Positions 56,344-64,000 of a DNA stretch of 64,000 nt are shown here, in pieces. The notes under the pieces are model-generated. The model saw nothing but the letters and a program-made list of their open reading frames with translations, was not told where the DNA came from and made no database searches. The stretch spans positions 19,145-83,144 of the IMG/VR virus record IMGVR_UViG_3300020185_004577; one strand, 5' to 3'. The translations under genes and the position numbers were made by a program. The stretch's first letter is position 1; each line of letters starts with the position of its first letter. Source of the DNA: a virus.

Positions 56344-58005
56344 TTATACTTTTATTGGCCCATAAAGCCAAGAAGTATCATTAAAATCATCATCATCATC
56401 CCAATTTTCTTTTGTTGAACCATCTAAACTTAAAGAGCTAACATCTTTTTGACTAAAACTTATCATATCTAACATTTCTTTAGTCTTCTTCTTGTTCCAA
56501 AATACAGACTCAAACTCCGTATCTCTAATTAACAAAGCAATAGCAAGACCAAATATTAAGTCATCATTAAATCCATTTTCATGCTCAGCTTTATCTCCTT
56601 TATATATGAATGTTTCAAATTCAATGAGTAATCTTGGAGAATTTATTTTAATTTCCATCTCTCTCATGTACTTAACTAGAGAGCTCATAAGTAATGGTCT
56701 AGTTTTTACAGTAGTCTGAAACCCTGGTACGTCTGTATCTTTATCAACAACATAGTTATGAGTTCTGTTGTATAGTTTAACTGCAGATTTAGATATATAC
56801 ATTCTATCTTTTGGATATTTTAAAGTATTTTTTAGCATCAAAGTTGTTGCCAAACCAAAACTGTTGCACTCTACAGCCATAAATGCGTTATTATAATCGC
56901 TTCCAACCTTATAAAGTAGTTCCGCAAATACATCAGGAACTATTTTTCCTTGGTACTCTGCAACTTGTTCCAAACTATCAGCGTCTATTACTTGAACGGT
57001 AGAGTAATCGGCACCATCTCCCCTTCCAACATCAGCTCCTATTATATAATTGCCATCTTCTTTTGGTTTTTTCCACACATGAAAAGATGTTACATAATCA
57101 CAAAATCTATTATCATTCTTCTTAAAATCGTAGTAACATATAGGTTTTTTATCACCTATATCTTTTACATATTTTTGTATTATTGAATTATCTATAACAA
57201 CAGCGGTTGAACCTTCAAATGACAAATCTAGCTCTTGTGCTATTTTAATTGTGTTATGATGCATCCTTTGGCACTCACCTTCGTACCAAGGACTCCATGG
57301 ATATTCTTTTCCATCAGAATCTACACGAGTCTCTAAACCCTTAGATAATATAGGGTGTATAGACCAGTGAAGTTTAATTGGATTAAAGTTTCCCTTACCC
57401 TTATTTGCCTGAGTCCAAGTTTGATGATATAAGTTACCAGTACCTTTTGGTGTAGAAATCATAATACACTTACCTTGTGTTGCAGCTAAAGCCAATCCAG
57501 CACCCATCCATATATCTTGAGCATGTTCAATAAATGCAGTTTCATCTAATATTAAGCAAGTTAAAGACTCCCCTCTACCAGCTTGCTTGCTACTAGCCAC
57601 AGCCTTAACCCATGAACCATTTGAAAATGCTATTTGTTTAGTGTTGTTGATTAACCTTTCTTCTGGCAACATCCAATCGGGTAGTCTGTCCAAAAATTGT
57701 CTAACTGTATTTAAAAACCTAACCGCACCATTTCCGTTGTCGGCAACTACCAATATTCTTTCATCAGGACAGAAGACTAATCTCCAAGCAACATATAGCG
57801 CAGATATAACAGAAAGCCCCATCTGTCTAGATTTTAACACTATTGAATTTTGGTTATCATTAAATTGATTTAAACACATTTCTTGATATGGAAAACATGT
57901 CATTTTTCCAATTTGCTGTTTTTCCATGTCAAAAACATAACCATATGAGTTAGCAAAATGTACAGGGCTTTTTACGCAATTAACGTATTCTTCAATATAA
58001 TTCAT
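56344..58005 (-). CDS. Terminase large subunit, T4 gp17-like
   Basis: PYQ, KSRQMGLS, GRG, ILDETAF, ISTPKG; nuclease GADVGRGDGADYS, VECN and NDDL; late box at 58021-58028. Confidence 0.95.
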   Translation of the reverse strand: MNYIEEYVNCVKSPVHFANSYGYVFDMEKQQIGKMTCFPYQEMCLNQFNDNQNSIVLKSRQMGLSVISALYVAWRLVFCPDERILVVADNGNGAVRFLNTVRQFLDRLPDWMLPEERLINNTKQIAFSNGSWVKAVASSKQAGRGESLTCLILDETAFIEHAQDIWMGAGLALAATQGKCIMISTPKGTGNLYHQTWTQANKGKGNFNPIKLHWSIHPILSKGLETRVDSDGKEYPWSPWYEGECQRMHHNTIKIAQELDLSFEGSTAVVIDNSIIQKYVKDIGDKKPICYYDFKKNDNRFCDYVTSFHVWKKPKEDGNYIIGADVGRGDGADYSTVQVIDADSLEQVAEYQGKIVPDVFAELLYKVGSDYNNAFMAVECNSFGLATTLMLKNTLKYPKDRMYISKSAVKLYNRTHNYVVDKDTDVPGFQTTVKTRPLLMSSLVKYMREMEIKINSPRLLIEFETFIYKGDKAEHENGFNDDLIFGLAIALLIRDTEFESVFWNKKKTKEMLDMISFSQKDVSSLSLDGSTKENWDDDDDFNDTSWLYGPIKV

Positions 58006-58071
58006 AATAACACTTATTATTATAAATACTAAGTAATTATTAAAATACTACAGAGGCCCTGAAACGTATTT

Positions 58072-58611
58072 TTAATCCATAATTCCAGAGGTTGTGTTAG
58101 ATAAATTTTTTATTGTTCTAGGCTCTAATGTTACAGATAGTTGTTTTTTAACATTTTTATTTCTGTAATAGAATATGGGACTTCTTGGTATGCAAGATAT
58201 TAAATTTATTTTTACTCTTTTTTTAAAACTTTTATTTATAGCATAAACATGTATATCTTTGGCTTTTTTATTAAAAATGTTTTGTTCGTAATACTTGTTT
58301 TTTTTATTATAAAAACCATATATCCAATCACTTATTTCAGAACCATCTGTAGAGCCATTATTGCTAATAATATGAAATTTATAACTGTACTCTTTATATA
58401 TTTCTGGAATATATGATGAATTTATTAAACGATTATAATCTATTGCAATCGCTAAAACTTGACTATTTGTATTAGAATATGGTTCAAAATCAATAATAAC
58501 ATAATTTTCCCATAAAATATCCATTGTTGAATCAAATTTTTCAACTAATAAGTTGCTTGTTGTATATAAGTCTTTATATAAAGGAAGAAAAGATAAACTT
58601 GAATATGCCAT
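58072..58611 (-). CDS. Hypothetical protein; possible degenerate tail-tube-like paralogue
   Basis: DWIYGFYN...KDIHVYAIN...KINLISCIP...LSVTL matches the tube-fold layout (recalled pattern). Confidence 0.4.
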   Translation of the reverse strand: MAYSSLSFLPLYKDLYTTSNLLVEKFDSTMDILWENYVIIDFEPYSNTNSQVLAIAIDYNRLINSSYIPEIYKEYSYKFHIISNNGSTDGSEISDWIYGFYNKKNKYYEQNIFNKKAKDIHVYAINKSFKKRVKINLISCIPRSPIFYYRNKNVKKQLSVTLEPRTIKNLSNTTSGIMD

Positions 58612-58650
58612 CTATTAAAAATAGATAATATTATTAAAAAGTAAACAAAA

Positions 58651-58968
58651 CTACAATCCTACATATATTGTTGGAGAAGGATTAATTTCGGAATCAGTTT
58701 TAACGTTATATATTTCAGAAACATAAACAACACTAGTTGTATCATTTTCTACATTCAACTGATAAGTTCCTAAAGTAGATGCGGACCATGAAATTGAATA
58801 TATGCCTTCTGATGGACTTGAGAGAAATGAATTAACAGTAACGCCAGTATTTACAACTCCATTAGTATATACAGTTGAACTAAAAGTTGCTGGCGTAACT
58901 GGTGTGTTCGTTGTGGGATTAAACGACCTTACCAATTCGTATACTGTTTGACCTGTTGTTATGTTCAT
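58651..58968 (-). CDS. Small Thr/Ser-rich beta-sandwich virion protein
   Basis: Ig-like composition (GIYSISW...GTYQL); late box at 58972-58979. Confidence 0.65.
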   Translation of the reverse strand: MNITTGQTVYELVRSFNPTTNTPVTPATFSSTVYTNGVVNTGVTVNSFLSSPSEGIYSISWSASTLGTYQLNVENDTTSVVYVSEIYNVKTDSEINPSPTIYVGL

Positions 58969-59013
58969 GTATATAAATATTATGTTTTTTTAATTTTACA
59001 CATTTTAAATAGC

Positions 59014-59508
59014 CTACTTTAAAATATACCAATTACCTCTAGTTTTTGTATAGGTTTTTTCTATATTCTCTGTTTTAAAATATTTACCCCTATTCTCTAT
59101 AGCCCTACATCTCCTACCACATATAAAAAGACACCCTTTTGGAACCATGTCCCAAACTTTATTACCTATCTCTCTAGGAATACCTTCATTGGCGAAAAAA
59201 ACTATAGTCGCATCCGATATGTCAATATCCAAAAAGTCATAATTTAAAAACGTTATATTTTTTAAATTAGTTTTAGATAAACTCCCAACTGAAGTGTTGT
59301 ATCTTTCTTTATGAAGTTCTATACCAAAAACTTTATTTACATTGGTTAACATAGATACGTTAATACACAAGTCTCCATTACCAGAACCTAAATCATAAAA
59401 TACGCCATTTGGATTATTAAAGTATTCGTTAAAAATATTTATTATTTTTTTAGTGCCTTCAATAGTTATTTCTCCATACACACTACCAGGGAATGTTTGT
59501 TCCTCCAC
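59014..59508 (-). CDS. Class I SAM-dependent methyltransferase, DOT1-like
   Basis: VYGEI, FYDLGSGNG, GIEL and DFLDIDISDATIVF; GTG start abutting the upstream stop codon. Confidence 0.8.
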   Translation of the reverse strand: MEEQTFPGSVYGEITIEGTKKIINIFNEYFNNPNGVFYDLGSGNGDLCINVSMLTNVNKVFGIELHKERYNTSVGSLSKTNLKNITFLNYDFLDIDISDATIVFFANEGIPREIGNKVWDMVPKGCLFICGRRCRAIENRGKYFKTENIEKTYTKTRGNWYILK

Positions 59509-60975
59509 CTATTCTCTAATTAGTATTTTATAACCTGTAACTAACATGTCATCATCACTAGAGGTGTTTTCTACCCACAACTCTATATAATCATTTGTAT
59601 TAATTAATGTTCCATATACCAAACCTAAACCACCCTCAATATCATCCAAATCTCTTAGTGGTGTTTCGCTGGCTGGTATGACTGAACCATTTAATGCTAT
59701 ATAGAATACATAATCATCAGTACCCTTACCTTGTTTTAGGAAAGTTAGTGTTATGTGGATTGATAGGTATAATTGTTTTGTACCAGTATATGTTGCCCTA
59801 CCAGCACTTGTAACATCAAACCTAACTCCAGCCTGTTGAACAGCACCACCCCCAGAATTTACAATTACGGGTGTATTTACAGATAGAGATGTGTCAGTTG
59901 TATTTCCAACTAAGGTATATATAGTACCAGCTTTAGAATCTAACAGACCTTGATTTGAATAAATATCATAAGTAGTTGTGGAAGTATATGAATAATCAGG
60001 TAGTGCGGCTGAAATAACTGGTAAAAAAACTTCCCCAGTTGTAAGACCAGCATTTATAAAAGCATTTGAGGATATTGTAGCAAACCCTGTTGTGGAACCT
60101 GTAGAAACCTCAATACCATTTTGAGTTTGTTGTGGGTGTATTATACAACCATTAATATTTACAGCTCCAAATGATGCTAAATTATTAGATTGAAATTCAA
60201 TCATAGATACTGTAGACCATCCTGATGGTGTAGGTATTGTAGACTCATCAAACCATCTAATTAATTCACAAGATGTAATTTCCACTTTAGATGCGTCTCT
60301 AAACCTTAAACCAAAATTAACTGCTTTAATATAAAAGAATAAACAGTTAGTTACATCAATTAAATCATAACCGTTTATATCCCAAACATCATAAACTCCC
60401 CTAAATTGACAATTATTAATTGTAAGGACTTTAAGTCTATTATTGTTATATCCTGATACTGAAATGTTTGTGGCACTTAAAATGCTATTTCCTGGTAATG
60501 CGCTTGATACCTTAATTCCCTGTAAGTTAAAATTACAGTCTGTAAGCGTTAAAAAAGCGCCTGTGCCAGCCCAAACTATCTCATCAACATCCCTGTTAAA
60601 TCCTATAAATTCTACGCCCTCAACATTACAAGTGTGATTTGTAGAAGTTGTAACTTGGCCCCTAATTATATAAGTGGTATTAGATTCCAATGCCGTTGGG
60701 ATATCTGAAGCTTGAGTCACTTCTTTCATTGTTCTGCCATTTACAATTCTAGATTCAGAGCCTCCAGACCAAGTTAGGCTATCTGTAATAATTGCTACTC
60801 TATTTGTTCCAATAGTATTGTTCTGAGTATATATGCTAGGCGTACTTGTTAAATTACTTCCATCACCATAAAATGTACCCCCAGATATGCTTGTAGAGCT
60901 TATAGTTGTGGCAGATATAGTTGTCCCAGTAATGCCGCCTTCAGAAAGTATGTTTGATGTTATAAAAGTTCCCAT
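59509..60975 (-). CDS. Tail fibre/spike-like structural protein
   Basis: Thr/Ser/Gly-rich; SATT and GTFYGDGSNLT motifs shared with the upstream fibre gene; beta-helix-like core. Confidence 0.7.
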   Translation of the reverse strand: MGTFITSNILSEGGITGTTISATTISSTSISGGTFYGDGSNLTSTPSIYTQNNTIGTNRVAIITDSLTWSGGSESRIVNGRTMKEVTQASDIPTALESNTTYIIRGQVTTSTNHTCNVEGVEFIGFNRDVDEIVWAGTGAFLTLTDCNFNLQGIKVSSALPGNSILSATNISVSGYNNNRLKVLTINNCQFRGVYDVWDINGYDLIDVTNCLFFYIKAVNFGLRFRDASKVEITSCELIRWFDESTIPTPSGWSTVSMIEFQSNNLASFGAVNINGCIIHPQQTQNGIEVSTGSTTGFATISSNAFINAGLTTGEVFLPVISAALPDYSYTSTTTYDIYSNQGLLDSKAGTIYTLVGNTTDTSLSVNTPVIVNSGGGAVQQAGVRFDVTSAGRATYTGTKQLYLSIHITLTFLKQGKGTDDYVFYIALNGSVIPASETPLRDLDDIEGGLGLVYGTLINTNDYIELWVENTSSDDDMLVTGYKILIRE

Positions 60976-60985
60976 ATATTATAAT

Positions 60986-63900
60986 TTATTGTTCTCCATA
61001 TTTTATTGTAGACCAGTCTACGTCATCTGAAAAAGAAGTGCTAGAATTTGCGTTTATAATAAAGCTAGCAGCAGTCTTACTTTGAAAAGTAAAATTCCTA
61101 TTTACGCTACCTGTAATACTAACACTATAATCTGAATCTGGGTATGGAGTTGTAAATGTTACTTTTAATGTTAGAGGGGTTCCTGTAAAATCTACACCCC
61201 TAACCGTCCCAGACTTTATACCTAAATCTAATCCTAATTTAATTTGATTTGCAGAAGGATTGGATAATACAACATTTGTACCACCAGTCAATTTAAAAAC
61301 TTCAGTACCATCGTTTCTTGTTAATGTGGCTTGATTACTAGCGAATGTTGTTCCAGATGTATATGTATCTTCAAAAGGTAGAGTTCTAGGTATGCCATCA
61401 GAATCTTTATAGAATAACCCTATAGTACCATCATTACTGTTATTTGTTGCTGATATTGAAACGGTACCGCCAGTAACATATGTGTTAGTAACTCCTGTTA
61501 CATTTACAAAGTTTCCATCATTTCTTAGTAATGCGATAGTATTTGTAGAATCTATATAAGTTCCCCCAACCACAAAAGTATTTGTGTCAGGAGTGATTCC
61601 ACTAACTGGGCGGTATTCCACTTCACCCGTAATATTATTTCTTACTAGTACATCAGTTGCGGAATTATTAAGAGTTGGCGTGGTTGTTAAGAATGCGGTT
61701 TGTGCTGACAATACACCATCTACAATGGTATCACTATTTATGTACGTGTCATAACCAGCGTTACCAACAAATACTCTATCTTGATTGTCTACACCTATTA
61801 GGGATACATTGACATCAGCAACCGTTCTACCTTGTAAGAAATAAGAATTATCTCTTAAATTAATATGTCCATTAAATACATTTATTGCTGAGTTTGATGT
61901 AATAGTAGTTGCTGTCAGCGCATTAAGTGTTGTATCAACTGTAACATCTAAATCACCATTAATGGTTAAGCCACTAACTTGATTAATTGTAGAACTAAAC
62001 GAACCACCATTATCATCAGTTATTGTAAATGTATTGTTATTATTATATGTGAATCCTGTAGTGGTTATACCAACATCAGTCTTTAGAACCTCTTGTGGTG
62101 TATCATCACCGTTACCAACCCATAAATAATCAGTTGTTAAGTTTGGTAAACCAGCCGTTCTAGAGGTGTTGAATATAAATAATTGACCATCATTAACACC
62201 AACCTTTAATACCTTAGCAACTCTTTGTATTTGTGTATTTGTTCCAGATGGTCTAAACTTAGTTAATCCACCATCAGTTTTTGCCATATAAAGGACATCA
62301 TTTATAGCCCAAGTCTCACCAAATGGATTAATTACGGTTGTAGCACTTGTTGTATCTATACCAGTTAACTTACCGAAAGTAATTAAAGGATAAACACCAG
62401 CGTTATCAAAATCCTCACCTGTAAAACCAATCACAGGCATTGTTGATGCGGTTATTGAGTTTGCTAACTCAACTTCATGTATATCACTATCAAAACCAAC
62501 AATATAAACTGGACACCCCTTATCAATAGTTCCCACAGAACCTTTTTTACCCCATATTGTTACATTACCTGTTGATACGTATTCTTCACCAGTAACCCAC
62601 AGATTATTCGTAACATCAAAATAAAGTATTCGACCTTGATATGTGTTGTCAGGTGTTGTAGGGATATTTGATGTTACGTCATCTAAATCAGTTAAAGTTA
62701 GTCCCGTATAAGTAGTTGCAGACAAAATACCGTCAATCGTTAATCCAGTTAATGTGTTAATTGATGCAGATATGTCCATACCATCATTTCTACTTATTGT
62801 AAACGTATTAGCATTGTCATATGTAAATCCAGTGACATAAGTGTTTCCTGTTGTAAAAGCAGATAAAGCAGGGCTTAAGTCTACATTATAAAAATTAGAA
62901 CCTTGTATGTTGTTGTTAAATTCTATTACATTTCCATTAAGGTTTGCAGCATTTGTATAACTGTCTGTCATGCCAGTAGTGAAACCACTAACATTAAAAG
63001 TTCCTCCGCTAGAGTTTGTATAAGTAACAATTCCAGTAGAAGAACTATAAACACCACTAACAACAAAAATATCAGAAGCTAATACTGACAAATCAGTATT
63101 TAAAACACTTCCATTATTTAAAGAAGAGGTTAATATGTAATTGGAATCATCAAAAGTTTGACCCGTTAAATAAAAATCAGTTATTCCTGATAAATTAGAA
63201 CCGTCTCCAAAATAAGTAGTTGCAGAAACTGATTGAAAACTAGAAACCCCAGACACGCTTATGTTGTCTACGGTTAACCCAGTAATATTTACTGTAGGAT
63301 TGTTTCCTGTTCCTCCTGTGAATGTGTTTATTCCACTAGATACTCTTGTAATATCGTTACCGTCTGCTGTTGTGAGGAATATATCAGAAAGGTCAGTTGA
63401 ACCAGAATATATAGTTCCACCACTTAATGTTGTTGCAGAGACAGAGCTTAAAGAAATATCATCATCAAGATTAACAATAGGATTGTTTGCAGTTCCACCA
63501 GTTGATATGTTTATTCCACCAGATACTCTTGTAATATCGTTTCCGTCAGCCGTGGTTAAGAAAATATCGTATAAATCAGTTGAACCAGAATATATAGTTC
63601 CACCGCTTAGTGTATTTCCAGAAACGGAATTTAATAAGATGTCATCATCAAGATTGACAATCGGATTGTTTGCAGTTCCACCAGTTGATATGTTTATTCC
63701 ACCAGATACTCTTGTAATATCGTTACCGTCTGCTGTTGTGAGGAATATATCAGAAAGGTCAGTTGAACCAGAATATATAGTTCCACCACTTAATGTTGTT
63801 GCAGAGACAGAGCTTAAAGAAATATCATCATCAAGATTAACAATAGGATTGTTTGCAGTTCCACCAGTTGATATGTTTATTCCACCAGATACTCTTGTAA

Positions 63901-64000
63901 TATCGTTTCCGTCAGCCGTGGTTAAGAAAATATCGTATAAATCAGTTGAACCAGAATATATAGTTCCACCGCTTAGTGTATTTCCAGAAACGGAATTTAA
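60986..64000 (-). CDS. Long tail fibre-like protein (5' end outside window)
   Basis: The frame stays open from 64000 through the track's GTG start at 63256; YVTGFTY, SATT and FGDGSNL repeats. Confidence 0.85.
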   Translation of the reverse strand, partial: LNSVSGNTLSGGTIYSGSTDLYDIFLTTADGNDITRVSGGINISTGGTANNPIVNLDDDISLSSVSATTLSGGTIYSGSTDLSDIFLTTADGNDITRVSGGINISTGGTANNPIVNLDDDILLNSVSGNTLSGGTIYSGSTDLYDIFLTTADGNDITRVSGGINISTGGTANNPIVNLDDDISLSSVSATTLSGGTIYSGSTDLSDIFLTTADGNDITRVSSGINTFTGGTGNNPTVNITGLTVDNISVSGVSSFQSVSATTYFGDGSNLSGITDFYLTGQTFDDSNYILTSSLNNGSVLNTDLSVLASDIFVVSGVYSSSTGIVTYTNSSGGTFNVSGFTTGMTDSYTNAANLNGNVIEFNNNIQGSNFYNVDLSPALSAFTTGNTYVTGFTYDNANTFTISRNDGMDISASINTLTGLTIDGILSATTYTGLTLTDLDDVTSNIPTTPDNTYQGRILYFDVTNNLWVTGEEYVSTGNVTIWGKKGSVGTIDKGCPVYIVGFDSDIHEVELANSITASTMPVIGFTGEDFDNAGVYPLITFGKLTGIDTTSATTVINPFGETWAINDVLYMAKTDGGLTKFRPSGTNTQIQRVAKVLKVGVNDGQLFIFNTSRTAGLPNLTTDYLWVGNGDDTPQEVLKTDVGITTTGFTYNNNNTFTITDDNGGSFSSTINQVSGLTINGDLDVTVDTTLNALTATTITSNSAINVFNGHINLRDNSYFLQGRTVADVNVSLIGVDNQDRVFVGNAGYDTYINSDTIVDGVLSAQTAFLTTTPTLNNSATDVLVRNNITGEVEYRPVSGITPDTNTFVVGGTYIDSTNTIALLRNDGNFVNVTGVTNTYVTGGTVSISATNNSNDGTIGLFYKDSDGIPRTLPFEDTYTSGTTFASNQATLTRNDGTEVFKLTGGTNVVLSNPSANQIKLGLDLGIKSGTVRGVDFTGTPLTLKVTFTTPYPDSDYSVSITGSVNRNFTFQSKTAASFIINANSSTSFSDDVDWSTIKYGEQ
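63341..64000 (-). repeat. 183-bp (61-aa) coding tandem repeat in an A-B-A-B 366-bp higher-order array
   Basis: Unit starts at 63341, 63524, 63707 and 63890. Units 1 and 3 share GTTACCGTCTGCTGTTGTGAGG; units 2 and 4 share GTTTCCGTCAGCCGTGGTTAAG. Confidence 0.93.

Noticed and set aside
15410-58005. Introns or inteins in nrdA, helicase, dnaE or terL
   Set aside because: All are uninterrupted, of normal length, and show no splice-junction motifs.
282-60637. Numerous short plus-strand ORFs in the track (e.g. 14628-15080, 34948-35565, 50554-51042)
   Set aside because: They are antisense to well-supported genes, have shadow-like Ser/Phe/Leu-rich composition and show no motifs.
63341-64000. Tandem repeats as a CRISPR array
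   Set aside because: The 183-bp units have no unique spacers and lie in an open reading frame.
1-64000. Stop-codon reassignment as seen in some Bacteroidota phages
   Set aside because: Core genes are full length under the standard code, and TAG ends genes at the expected C-termini (e.g. nrdA).
1-64000. tRNA or rRNA genes
   Set aside because: Intergenic gaps are short and AT-rich, and no cloverleaf or T-loop signature was seen by eye.

Overview
64-kb, very AT-rich segment of a large T4-like (myovirus, probably jumbo) phage genome. The host is most likely Bacteroidota: there are two RpoD paralogues starting MRQLKI, TTG-N17-20-TAnnTTTG promoters and an exonuclease-fused DnaE. Almost all genes lie on the minus strand. 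From left to right: a partial C5-cytosine methyltransferase; an NAD operon (DnaA-domain-IV/NadD fusion, NAMPT-like, Prs-like); SNase; UvrD; DnaQ; two sigma factors; Hsp20; class Ia RNR; a replication block (gp41/DnaB helicase, RNase H-like 5'-3' exonuclease, RecA/UvsX, gp32-like SSB, minimal family A polymerase); a baseplate/tail block (GH19 hub, gp53-like, gp48-like, tape measure, two gp26-like chaperones); RecD2; holin; DnaE; portal; large terminase; and tail-fibre genes ending in a 183/366-bp tandem repeat. Most notable: (1) five degenerate, truncated paralogues of virion proteins (two capsid fragments, two tail-tube-like, one terminase ATPase) that may be immune decoys; (2) a DnaA-HTH/NMNAT fusion in a NARP-like operon; (3) a tail-chaperone G/GT pair whose frameshift appears replaced by gene duplication; (4) three promoter classes, including an inverted T4 late box; (5) a shared putative head-targeting motif in late orphan proteins; (6) a catalytically degenerate ArgRS-like protein. 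All family calls come from motif recognition by eye; no searches were run.
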